Shown here piece after piece: positions 9,192-17,556 of a stretch of 30,128 nt of DNA. The stretch lies in NCBI GenBank assembly GCA_003135555.1, contig PLCF01000053.1, forward strand, positions 1 through 30,128, written 5' to 3'. The DNA is from Vulcanimicrobiota bacterium (GTDB taxonomy: Bacteria > Vulcanimicrobiota > Vulcanimicrobiia > Vulcanimicrobiales > Vulcanimicrobiaceae). Positions within the stretch are counted from its first letter, which is position 1. Each line of letters begins with the position of its first letter. A model generated the notes under the pieces. That model was not told where the DNA came from and made no database searches. It saw only the letters and a list, made by a program, of their open reading frames with translations. A program made the translations under genes and the position numbers.

Positions 9192-11543
9192 GTGACTTCT
9201 GCGCGACGCCTTTTTGCGTCCATCGCTCTGTGCGCTCTCGTGGCCGGCGCGGCGTGCTCCAAACAGCAGGCGCAGACGACCGCGCCGTCGCCGGCGCCCT
9301 CCGCCTCGGCCACCGCCGAGCCGAGTGCTGCGGCGTCGCCGACGCCGGTCGCCCAGAGCGCGAGCGCTGCGCCGGCGAGCAGCGGCGAACCGTCGGCCGC
9401 ACCGACGCCCACGCCGTCCGCGACGCCGGTTGCGAACCTGCTGGCGCCGCAAAACGGCGCGGTGCTGCGCGCGTACCCCGCCACGATCGACAACCCGGTC
9501 TTCGCGGCGGTCTCGGGCGTCTCGGTCGATGCCAAGGCTGCGGGTCCGTGGGTCTTCGTCTACGAGTTACCCGGAACCGCGACGCTCACCGGCGTCGCCG
9601 CGCAACTGCCCTACAAGGACGACGCCGGGAAAGGGTCGTCCGCGACGTTCGCGGTCTCCACCACCAGCGCGACGGCCGGCTTTAGCGACGTGGCGAGGAT
9701 CTCATCGGCGGCGAAGGGCGACGAGCAGCAGGTCGCGCTCAACGGCCAACGCGCGCGCTGGGTACGCGTCACTGCGGAACGCACCGGAACCGGCAGCCCG
9801 GTCCAAGTGATGGAAGCGTTCGGAACGATCGCAGCGCCGTCGGCACTCCCCGTCACCGGAACCTACGTCCAGTACGACAAGGCCTACGACCAAGGCGCGT
9901 TCGCGTCGGCGCCGAGCAACGGCGATCCCTGGTACCTGCAGGTCGCGACGATCGGCGCAACCGGCATCAACGGCGAGCAGTGTTACGACGGCCACCTGGG
10001 CGAGGCGTACCCGGGAACCCTCGACGGCAGAACCTGGCGCTGGCAACGCAGTGATGGGGCCGGGACCTACACCGCCAACGACGAGGGCTCGATCCTGGTC
10101 GGATTCCGCAACGGCAATCCGACGTACTGGGTTCGCACGGAGAAGCGTCCGAAATACTGCGTTCCGCAAGTCGCCGGCTCGGGCCGCGCTGAGGTCGTGG
10201 TCCTCGACGGCGGCGGTTCGCCGGCCCAGTACCCGACCTCGGGCGACGCCGTGAAGGATGCGCCGGCGTTTCGCTTCACGCACATCGGCGCGGCCTTGAT
10301 CGACGGCGCGCAGCTCGCAAGCGCTTCGACCGTCATCCTCAACGGCGTTTGCAACGCCGACGACGTGTTAGCGCCGGCGCAAAACGACGCGATCGCGCAG
10401 TGGGTGCAAAACGGGCACAAGCTGGTGATCTACGATGCCGACATGTGCGGCAAGCCGACGCACTACTCGCTGCTCCCGTATCCGTTCAGCAGCAACAATC
10501 CAGGCGCACAGGGCGCCAAAGGTGATCGGCTCATCCTGGTAGAGGACGATTCACTCGGGACCTCCGACAAGACCGACAAAGCGCACTTCTTCGACCCGCT
10601 CGTCTACGCGCAGAACGGCAACCAGCTCGGTGACGCCAACACGGTCACCACCCACGACCCGCATTGGTGCGGGCACCTCTTCGGGACCAACGTCAACCAC
10701 GTCAACGGGTTCATGCAGATGTACGCGCCCTACGGCAAGGGCCTGATCATCTACGACGGCTTCGACCACGACGACAACGGCGTGCCCTCGAACCAGCGTC
10801 TCCGCCGACTCGAACTCGCCCAGCCCATACCGCCGGATCTGCCGTGCACCCAGAAGGCGTCGCTAGCGTTCGTCCTCCAGCCCAACCGCGACGGCAACTT
10901 CACGCCCGGAAAGGCCGCCCGGCCGGCGTTCGCGATGGAGCTGCTCGCCAACCAAGGTTGGAAAGGGCACATCGCGATGACGACCAGCGGCGACTTCCGC
11001 GCCGCCGTTACGCCCAGCTCGTTCGACGTCGACGGGACGACGCAGAAGCTCAAGGTCGCCGTCACCATCCCGGCGAGTGCCAAGGCTGGGAGCTACGCGA
11101 TCATCGTCAACGCCGACGGCGGCAGCGGTCAGAGCGCGCAGGCGACGATCCAGATGCACGCCGCGATCGCGCTCGTCAAGCAGTTCAAGTCGCAGCGCCG
11201 TGTCCGCATCTACGGCATCCACTTCGACGTCGACAAGGCGACGATCAAGCCGCAGTCCGAACCGGTGATCGCGCAGATCGCCCAAGTGATGCAGCAAAAC
11301 AAGGGCTGGCGCTTCCGCGTCGAGGGACACACCGATTCCGACGGCGGCGAAGCGCACAACAAGGTGCTCTCGCAGCACCGCGCGGAGTCCGTCGTGAGCG
11401 ATTTGGTCAAGCGCTATCACATCGCACGCGCCCGGCTGGTACCGATCGGGTACGGGTACTCCAAGCCGGTCGCGCCCAACACGACCGCCGCCGGAAAAGC
11501 CCTCAACCGCCGCGTGGAGTTGTTCCTATTGAGCGGAAAGTGA
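9192..11543 (+). CDS. Large multidomain OmpA-family (peptidoglycan-binding) putative lipoprotein
   Basis: Likely GTG start at 9192 giving a signal peptide ending LVAGAAC; Pro/Ala linker; C-terminal OmpA-like domain (IHFDVDKATIK, VEGHTDSDG, NKVLSQHRAESV, NRRVE). Confidence 0.85.
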   Translation: MTSARRLFASIALCALVAGAACSKQQAQTTAPSPAPSASATAEPSAAASPTPVAQSASAAPASSGEPSAAPTPTPSATPVANLLAPQNGAVLRAYPATIDNPVFAAVSGVSVDAKAAGPWVFVYELPGTATLTGVAAQLPYKDDAGKGSSATFAVSTTSATAGFSDVARISSAAKGDEQQVALNGQRARWVRVTAERTGTGSPVQVMEAFGTIAAPSALPVTGTYVQYDKAYDQGAFASAPSNGDPWYLQVATIGATGINGEQCYDGHLGEAYPGTLDGRTWRWQRSDGAGTYTANDEGSILVGFRNGNPTYWVRTEKRPKYCVPQVAGSGRAEVVVLDGGGSPAQYPTSGDAVKDAPAFRFTHIGAALIDGAQLASASTVILNGVCNADDVLAPAQNDAIAQWVQNGHKLVIYDADMCGKPTHYSLLPYPFSSNNPGAQGAKGDRLILVEDDSLGTSDKTDKAHFFDPLVYAQNGNQLGDANTVTTHDPHWCGHLFGTNVNHVNGFMQMYAPYGKGLIIYDGFDHDDNGVPSNQRLRRLELAQPIPPDLPCTQKASLAFVLQPNRDGNFTPGKAARPAFAMELLANQGWKGHIAMTTSGDFRAAVTPSSFDVDGTTQKLKVAVTIPASAKAGSYAIIVNADGGSGQSAQATIQMHAAIALVKQFKSQRRVRIYGIHFDVDKATIKPQSEPVIAQIAQVMQQNKGWRFRVEGHTDSDGGEAHNKVLSQHRAESVVSDLVKRYHIARARLVPIGYGYSKPVAPNTTAAGKALNRRVELFLLSGK

Positions 11544-11549
11544 CACCGG

Positions 11550-11891
11550 ATGGAAGACCTTGTTGGAATCAAAGTCGTTGACCGCGTAAAGGGCGAGTGC
11601 GGCCTCATCACATGGGGACGCCTTTTCGGCGCAGTTGACGAGGATGCTCTCGCACAGGCCGTGCGTCCGCACCTCGGCAAATGTGGACTCCGCGATGTCG
11701 ATCTCGTCCAAGTTTGTCACAGTCTCGGAGCGCTTTCGCACCACCCGTACTTCTACGAAGCCCTTTTTGAGTTCGCGCGCGAAAAGCAGCCCTCTTCCAA
11801 GCGCTACGCAAAATGGGTTAAGCGTAAGCGCAAAGCCGTCGAACGAGGGCGCGAAATCTATTTTCTCGGTCTTCCGGCGCCTTCGTCCTGA
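11550..11891 (+). CDS. Hypothetical protein
   Basis: 113-aa ORF immediately after the OmpA gene; protein-like composition; codon usage less GC-biased than core genes. Confidence 0.65.
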   Translation: MEDLVGIKVVDRVKGECGLITWGRLFGAVDEDALAQAVRPHLGKCGLRDVDLVQVCHSLGALSHHPYFYEALFEFAREKQPSSKRYAKWVKRKRKAVERGREIYFLGLPAPSS

Positions 11892-11984
11892 AGCCGGAAC
11901 CGGCGTTGTGGCGGCTAGTATCGTGGCGCACCTTCGACGGGCTCACGCGTAGCGTGGCATGCACATTCCGCGAACTCTACGACC

Positions 11985-12443
11985 ATGGGACACGATGGTA
12001 TGAGGGGTGATACGGCTGCCCATTATGAGGGCATCATCGAGCGGAATCGCGAGCGCCTTCAAGCGTTGACGGAGCTTGCCAAGAAGAGCCCTTGGTCAAA
12101 CCGCTATCTTCCGATCCGCCCGCGTAGCCTCACGGTTACGTTGATGAATGGGTTTCGCATTGCGGCGAGTCGAGGTGGAGAGAGGAATGATGAGTATCGT
12201 CGCCTCATCGCTTCCGTCGTGACGACCGCGCTCACGAACCCATCCGACCCGTCTACGGTCCGCGTGGTTGGCGACGCGATCGAGGGCGCGCGGCGCTCTC
12301 TGGGTTTGCTCGACCCAAAGAGGAGCGGCGGCACGGACCCAGACCCGGAGTTATCCGACGAACAGCACCAACAGGTCGAGACCCTGCTTCGTGAGTGGCT
12401 ATATGTCGCGATTGCGGAGTTCGCGCCTACTGAGGCCGCCTAA
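11985..12443 (+). CDS. Hypothetical protein
   Basis: 152-aa ORF ending just before repeat copy 3; start uncertain. Confidence 0.55.
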   Translation: MGHDGMRGDTAAHYEGIIERNRERLQALTELAKKSPWSNRYLPIRPRSLTVTLMNGFRIAASRGGERNDEYRRLIASVVTTALTNPSDPSTVRVVGDAIEGARRSLGLLDPKRSGGTDPDPELSDEQHQQVETLLREWLYVAIAEFAPTEAA

Positions 12444-12459
12444 GGTCGCCGAACGACGC

Positions 12460-12525
12460 TGGACCAGAAGGGCGGACTCAGGAAAAGAACAGGTCGAGAA
12501 AGTCTGCACTTTCTAGACCTGTACA
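12460..12525. repeat. 66-bp tRNA-associated repeat, copy 3 (terminator-like hairpin 12489-12522)
   Basis: TGGACCAGAAGGGCGGACTCAGGAAAAGAACAGGTCGAGAAAGTCTGCACTTTCTAGACCTGTACA; 52/66 identical to copy 2 by hand count, ungapped; followed by CCCGCAACT (12526-12534). Confidence 0.9.
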
Positions 12526-12688
12526 CCCGCAACTTACGTCCGTGACGTTCTCGCGGCACACGACCGTGCAATCCCGCAGTGGCGCATGCGGGAGGAGCGA
12601 CAGAAGAGCGAACCGATACCCAAACGCTGGGACCCGCATCAAGGGCGGCGCAAGACAGGGCGCTGGAAGTGGTAGAGCCCCCTTGAAC

Positions 12689-13219
12689 CTATGTGGCGGC
12701 GTTCTCCACGCTGTACTGATTCAAGAACTTGCCGATCAAGGCGGGCTCTGTGGTGAAATCCAGGTGTTGCGGAAACGCGTGCGTGCGTACCAGCAACTGC
12801 CAGTCTTCGCCTTGGAGAACCACGCCGCAGATAACCGTCATGCACTTCGCGCCAGGTGGGCATGAGCCGACCTTCCCGTCTAAGAGCATCCGTGGGCTCT
12901 CACCGTAGGACTCAATGCTCTGGTCGATGGGGCCGAGCCACTCGTCGCACTGTATCAGGTCCGCTTTGACGACCGTGCCGGCCAGGTCAGTGCGCTTATC
13001 CAGCGGATTGCCGGCTTGGACGCGCTCGAGCGTGAGAGAGTAGTGGTCGTTCGTCCAGCCGCCGGCGGTAGGTTCTCCGTCGATCTCCTCGGTGGCGAAC
13101 CGGTAGATGGTACCGCCGCTTGTCACGATGTCGAGATTCATTACGCCGATGTTCTCGAGGTACTGCTCGTGCGATATGGCGACAATGGTCTCGCCGACCA
13201 GCATATTAAGGTCATTCAT
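12689..13219 (-). CDS. Hypothetical protein
   Basis: 176-aa acidic ORF starting 6 bp after the stop of the DUF2199 gene; probably co-transcribed. Confidence 0.7.
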   Translation of the reverse strand: MNDLNMLVGETIVAISHEQYLENIGVMNLDIVTSGGTIYRFATEEIDGEPTAGGWTNDHYSLTLERVQAGNPLDKRTDLAGTVVKADLIQCDEWLGPIDQSIESYGESPRMLLDGKVGSCPPGAKCMTVICGVVLQGEDWQLLVRTHAFPQHLDFTTEPALIGKFLNQYSVENAAT

Positions 13220-13225
13220 GGAATT

Positions 13226-13732
13226 CTAAATTGCTCCGGCCGTCACCAACATTTCGTGGTAGCGCCGCTCGTCAATGCCGCTCCGTTGGTCCTTTGCTAG
13301 TAATGATTCGGAGTGCGGCTCCAAGGCGAACTCCGGGCGGTCACCGCTACCGCCGAACTTAATGAGCACGCGCTCATTCGCGGCGCCCTCGTAACCGGGA
13401 ATCGCGTTCGCCAAAGCGCCGCTCATTGGAGGTTCGTCCGCCGCATCGGCATCGTAGATTTCAAGATAACGCTCAAAATTGGAGTGCTCCAACTCGGCCC
13501 AGACGCCCCAGGCGAAGTCGTCCTCGCGCTGCACGAGCGGAATGAGCAGGATTCCGCGGATGAAGTAGCGTCCGTCCATCTCGCACAGGTCCGTCGTGAA
13601 CTTCGCCCGCGTCTCGCGTTCGGATTCCGGTATTGCCCAAACGTCATCGGGCAACGTGTAACCGCAGTCGGTAGGGTATCCCTCGTGCGCGGTTCCGCAC
13701 TGGGCGCACACAAAACCCGGCTTTGCTTCCAT
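13226..13732 (-). CDS. DUF2199-family protein
   Basis: FVCAQCGTAHEG...PD, YFIRGILLIP, FAWGVWAEL...FERY, RP...L...Q..GI pattern recalled for DUF2199. Confidence 0.8.
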   Translation of the reverse strand: MEAKPGFVCAQCGTAHEGYPTDCGYTLPDDVWAIPESERETRAKFTTDLCEMDGRYFIRGILLIPLVQREDDFAWGVWAELEHSNFERYLEIYDADAADEPPMSGALANAIPGYEGAANERVLIKFGGSGDRPEFALEPHSESLLAKDQRSGIDERRYHEMLVTAGAI

Positions 13733-13786
13733 CGCCGCGTGGCTTCCGCGACCGATGCGCCTGCGCCTTGACCGGTGCCGGCGGGT

Positions 13787-13852
13787 TGGACCAAAAAAGC
13801 CGACCCCGGAAATAAACAGGCCCAGAAAGTTTGCACTCTCTGGACCTGTACG
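13787..13852. repeat. 66-bp tRNA-associated repeat, copy 2 (terminator-like hairpin 13816-13849)
   Basis: TGGACCAAAAAAGCCGACCCCGGAAATAAACAGGCCCAGAAAGTTTGCACTCTCTGGACCTGTACG; 44/66 identical to copy 1 by hand count; followed by AGTTGCGGG (13853-13861), identical to the tRNA 3'-end segment at 15051-15059. Confidence 0.9.
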
Positions 13853-14428
13853 AGTTGCGGGAGTCCAGGTTCAAAAAGCGGTTTCTGGATCAGATAACGG
13901 AAGTCCACAGGCCGGCGTTGCACGTCGACTTGTACTCTAAGCAATGCATGCCCGTTCTATCGCCTTGAGGGGTCGTACACGTTGGCCCGCACGTAACGGC
14001 GGCGACGATGGCGCGGGTTCTGTCGGTACTCGCCGCCGGCATGGCGGTCCCCATCGAGAAGAACGACCTTATCACGCTCGCACGCGTGGTCGCGCTGCGA
14101 AAGCGATAGCTGGAAGTTCCGAGCCGCGGCTTCGCCCCGCCCATACTGGGACGCTGATAGGACGCGCGCAGAGTACGGTACCGGCATGGATATGCAATCT
14201 GAACACCGTCGCCGGGACGTCGTTCACCGGCCGGACGGCCCCGTCCCGAACCCGACTCCGCTGGCCGCAACGGAGCGATTCGTCATAAACCAACTTTTCG
14301 ACTTTAGGTTGTCGGTTTCCGGCCTTGCGAGCGCGGCCCGGCGGAGGATAGCGACAATGGCGTCGAACAGTTCGAGCATCTGGGGCATATCGGCTACGTG
14401 CTGACGTTGGCGAGCCTCAGAGGAGGTT

Positions 14429-14914
14429 TTGAAAGTGTTAAAGCGACTTTTGCTCATCCTTGTCGTCGCATTGGCTCTGCCGCTTTCAGCCCTTGCGCCC
14501 GCGGATGCAACACCAGCCTATATGTTGAACTGCAAGATCGGCTCGATGAACATTGTTCGTGTGGACTATCGCGGGGGGGCCCCGGGCCAGAGCGGTGTTA
14601 CTGCTGTCCATTTCCGGAAGGCCAGCGGTCCTACTTCATCCGGCTTGCAGCCCGGCCAGTGCTCCTGGCCAGATCGTGCGATGAAGGCGAACGAACCGTC
14701 CTGGTTGTGTGCCACAGGGCAAGGCACACTTGGGATCAACACGATGGTCTTCATGGGCGCGACCGCGCCCCGAGTCACGTACGTCGGCAACGGCAACCCG
14801 CTTCTGCAGGCAGTCTTGGGCGGTTCGACCCAGCTCCTGAATATGATGGTCCGCCTCGAACCTTGGGCCGGTGATAATGCCGGGTGCCTGGTGGTCAATT
14901 ACTTCGCCCCGTAG
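14429..14914 (+). CDS. Secreted hypothetical protein
   Basis: AGGAGG RBS at 14421-14426 (GTG 14435 may be the true start); classic signal peptide (KRLLLILVVALALPLSALAPADA); four Cys in the mature part. Confidence 0.8.
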   Translation: MKVLKRLLLILVVALALPLSALAPADATPAYMLNCKIGSMNIVRVDYRGGAPGQSGVTAVHFRKASGPTSSGLQPGQCSWPDRAMKANEPSWLCATGQGTLGINTMVFMGATAPRVTYVGNGNPLLQAVLGGSTQLLNMMVRLEPWAGDNAGCLVVNYFAP

Positions 14915-14985
14915 CCTCCCGTTCGATCACGCGTTGTTGGCGGGCCTGCGTGCTACTGCACGCGCCTGGGGCGCTGCGAGGAACG

Positions 14986-15051
14986 TGGACCAGAAAATCA
15001 CCTTGACAAAATAAACAGGTCCAACAAATCTTCATTTGTTGGACCTGTACA
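14986..15051. repeat. 66-bp tRNA-associated repeat, copy 1, abutting the tRNA-fMet 3' end
   Basis: TGGACCAGAAAATCACCTTGACAAAATAAACAGGTCCAACAAATCTTCATTTGTTGGACCTGTACA; aligns without gaps to copies 2 and 3. Confidence 0.9.
15008..15048 (-). terminator. Intrinsic terminator of tRNA-fMet
   Basis: Perfect 15-bp stem ACAGGTCCAACAAAT/ATTTGTTGGACCTGT, 4-nt loop, followed by TTATTTT on the minus strand, a few bases after the tRNA. Confidence 0.85.
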
Positions 15052-15052
15052 G

Positions 15053-15126
<74 letters not shown>

Positions 15127-15137
15127 CAACGACGGTT

Positions 15138-15166
15138 ATCTTACGAGACCGTAGAAACCTTGTCAA
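15138..15166 (-). promoter_or_regulatory. Sigma-70-type promoter of tRNA-fMet
   Basis: Minus strand TTGACA-17 nt-TAAGAT, with the -10 box ending 11 nt upstream of the tRNA 5' end. Confidence 0.85.
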
Positions 15167-15168
15167 AC

Positions 15169-16185
15169 ATGATCGACCTGCTCGCCTTGCCCAAAGTGCA
15201 GCTGCATTGCCACCTCGAGGGGACCGTGCGGGCGGAGACGTTCCGCGCCCTGGCGCGCAAGTACGGAGTGGAGCTGGGCGAGCGAGCAAGCCCGGAGAGG
15301 ACCTACGCCTTCGAAACGTTCGGCGAATTCTTGCTGCTGTTCGCGAAGGTCACCGAGACGCTGCGCGAGTCGGCGGATTTCGCGCAGGTCGCGCGCGACT
15401 ACGTCGTCGATGCGGCGGCGCAGGGTGTGCGCTACGCCGAGGTCTTCATCTCGCCGTCGGTGTGGACGTTCTTTCACCCCGAGCTCGACGTGCGCGCGGC
15501 GGTTGAGGCGATCCGTGAGGCGCTCGACGCCGCCGGCCGGCCGCTGGGGATCGAGGTCGCACTGATCGCCGATCTGACCCGCAATTTCGGCGCCGAGCGC
15601 GCCGAGGCGGTCGCGCGCAGTGCCGTTGCGCTCCGGCCGTACGGCGTGATCGGCGTCGGCTTGGGCGGCGACGAGGCGCGTTTCCCGCCGGAGCTCTACG
15701 CGCGGGCGTTCGCGATCGCTCGGGACGGGGGACTGTACGGTGTCGCCCACGCGGGCGAGGCGGCCGGGCCCGAGAGCGTGCGGGCCGCCGTGGAGCTGCT
15801 CGGCGCGCAACGGATCGGGCACGGCGTCCGGGCGATCGAAGATCCCGCGGTCGTCGCGCTCCTGGCCGAGCGCCGGATCCCGCTCGAGGTCTGCCCCACC
15901 TCGAACCGCCTCACCGGCGCGGCGCCGGCCGGCGCGATCCATCCGCTGGGGGCGCTCGATGCCGCCGGATGCGTCGTCACGATCGACGCCGACGACCCGG
16001 CCCTGTTCGGGACGACCCTGCTCGACGAGTACCATTTCGTCGCCGCCACCTTCGGTCAGGACGCCATCCTGCGCTTCGCACGCAACGCGATCGATGCGTC
16101 GTTCGCCGCCCCGGCGCTCAAGGCGCGGCTGCACGCCGAGTTCGACCGGTCCCGGAACTCCGTCCCCGCGGGTCGAAGTCGGTAG
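15169..16185 (+). CDS. add: Adenosine/adenine deaminase
   Basis: LPKVQLHCHLEG, YAEV, GLGGDE, HAGE, RIGHG, EVCPTSN, DDPALF motifs. Confidence 0.93.
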   Translation: MIDLLALPKVQLHCHLEGTVRAETFRALARKYGVELGERASPERTYAFETFGEFLLLFAKVTETLRESADFAQVARDYVVDAAAQGVRYAEVFISPSVWTFFHPELDVRAAVEAIREALDAAGRPLGIEVALIADLTRNFGAERAEAVARSAVALRPYGVIGVGLGGDEARFPPELYARAFAIARDGGLYGVAHAGEAAGPESVRAAVELLGAQRIGHGVRAIEDPAVVALLAERRIPLEVCPTSNRLTGAAPAGAIHPLGALDAAGCVVTIDADDPALFGTTLLDEYHFVAATFGQDAILRFARNAIDASFAAPALKARLHAEFDRSRNSVPAGRSR

Positions 16186-16189
16186 GACG

Positions 16190-16879
16190 ATGCCCGGTCA
16201 CACCCATTTCGACGAGTCGACCGAGGAGTATCTCGAAGCCGTCTACCGCTTGGAGCGCGAGGGTCCCGGCGTCAGCACGTCCGGGCTGGCCGCCGATCTC
16301 GGGGTCGCGCCGGCCTCGGTCTCGGGGATGCTCAAGAAGCTCGCCGCCGACGGTTACCTGACGTACGAGGCGCGCGGTCAGGCCAAGCTGACCGAGAACG
16401 GCCTGCGCGTTGCGGTGCGCGTGATTCGCCGCAATCGCCTGGCCGAGGTGTTTCTGCAAGACGTTCTGGGGATGCCGTGGGACGAAGTCCACGAGGAAGC
16501 GTGCCGGCTCGAGCACGCGATTTCCGAACGGGTCGAGGCACGGCTCGTCGCCCTGCTGGGCGATCCCAAAGTCTGTCCGCACGGGCTGCCGATCCCACCG
16601 GCTGATCTGAGTGCGCCGGCCCGCGTGGGGCTGCGCCTCGCCGACGCCAAGGCCGGCACGACCGTGCGCGTCGTCGAGGTGGTCGAGGACGTGCCCGAGA
16701 CGTTGCGCTATCTCGACCACATCGGCTTGCGGCCGGGAGCGACGATCGACGTGGTCGAGCGCGGCCCGCTGGGCGGTCCCATCACCGTCGAAGGCTCGAG
16801 CGGACGGACCGCGATCTCGATCGAGCTCGCGCGGCTGATCGCGATCTCGACGGAGGCGAGCCCGGCGCTGTCCGCGTGA
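16190..16879 (+). CDS. DtxR/MntR-family metal-dependent transcriptional regulator with FeoA domain
   Basis: EEYLEAVY, wHTH (LAADLGVAPASVSGMLKKL), EEACRLEH, CPHGLPIP, C-terminal LRYLDHIGLRPG; true start ATG 16190. Confidence 0.93.
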   Translation: MPGHTHFDESTEEYLEAVYRLEREGPGVSTSGLAADLGVAPASVSGMLKKLAADGYLTYEARGQAKLTENGLRVAVRVIRRNRLAEVFLQDVLGMPWDEVHEEACRLEHAISERVEARLVALLGDPKVCPHGLPIPPADLSAPARVGLRLADAKAGTTVRVVEVVEDVPETLRYLDHIGLRPGATIDVVERGPLGGPITVEGSSGRTAISIELARLIAISTEASPALSA

Positions 16880-17556
16880 AGCTGACCCCGGTTCTCATCG
16901 CCGTCAACGTCGTCGCGTTCCTGTGGCAGCTCACGACGCTCGGCGGCATCGACTACGACCACGGATGGCTCGTCCCCGCGGCCGTGCTGCAGCACGGCGA
17001 ATGGTGGCGCATCTTCAGCTCCGCATTCCTGCACGGCAGCATCCCGCACATCGGCCTGAACATGCTCGCGCTGTATTTCCTGGGCACCGACGTCGAGCGC
17101 GTGTACGGTACGTTGCGCTATGCGCTGATCTACCTGCTCGCGACGATCGGCTCGGGGCTGGCGGTCGTGTACTTCAGTGCGCCCGACGTGCCGACGCTGG
17201 GAGCCAGCGGCGCGATCTTCGGCCTGTTCGGGGCCATCGTGGCCGTCGGCATACGGCTGGGCGCACGCGGGCGCTCGCTGATCGGACGCGTCCTACCGAT
17301 CCTGGCGATCAATCTGGTCTTCACGTTCTCCGTCCCGGGGATCTCGGCGGCGGCGCACGTCGGCGGGTTGATCACCGGCTTTCTCGCGGGGCTCGTGCTG
17401 TTCATGATGCCGTCGCGCCAGCGCGACTACGCCTACGCGTACGTGGCCGGTCCGGCCCAGGCTGCTCCGGTGGCGACGATCGAGCAACCGCCCGAAGCAG
17501 GTCCGCACGAAGACCCTGACGCGGCGCCGCTCGAGGTGCGCGACCCGCGCGAATGA
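16876..17556 (+). CDS. Rhomboid-family intramembrane serine protease
   Basis: EWWRIFSSAFLH, HIGLNM, GASG catalytic Ser, AHVGG catalytic His; GTGA overlap with the upstream gene. Confidence 0.93.
   Translation: MKLTPVLIAVNVVAFLWQLTTLGGIDYDHGWLVPAAVLQHGEWWRIFSSAFLHGSIPHIGLNMLALYFLGTDVERVYGTLRYALIYLLATIGSGLAVVYFSAPDVPTLGASGAIFGLFGAIVAVGIRLGARGRSLIGRVLPILAINLVFTFSVPGISAAAHVGGLITGFLAGLVLFMMPSRQRDYAYAYVAGPAQAAPVATIEQPPEAGPHEDPDAAPLEVRDPRE

Noticed and set aside
9280..9430. Repetitive GCC/CCG-rich DNA (also 23745-23850)
   Set aside because: Encodes Pro/Ala- or Pro/Asn-rich linkers; not an independent DNA repeat.
15003..15008. TTGACA on the + strand inside repeat copy 1
   Set aside because: No acceptable -10 at the proper spacing, and it is not conserved in the other two copies.
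12460..15051. 66-bp repeats as a CRISPR array or integron attC sites
   Set aside because: Spacing is >1 kb with no cas genes. The repeats lack the RYYYAAC...GTTRRRY box layout and extrahelical bases of attC, and no intI is present.
15046..15051. TGTACA terminus as a Tn7-like/CAST transposon end
   Set aside because: No tandem ~19-bp TnsB-type direct repeats, no opposing end, no target-site duplication and no tns genes; not supportable from this window.
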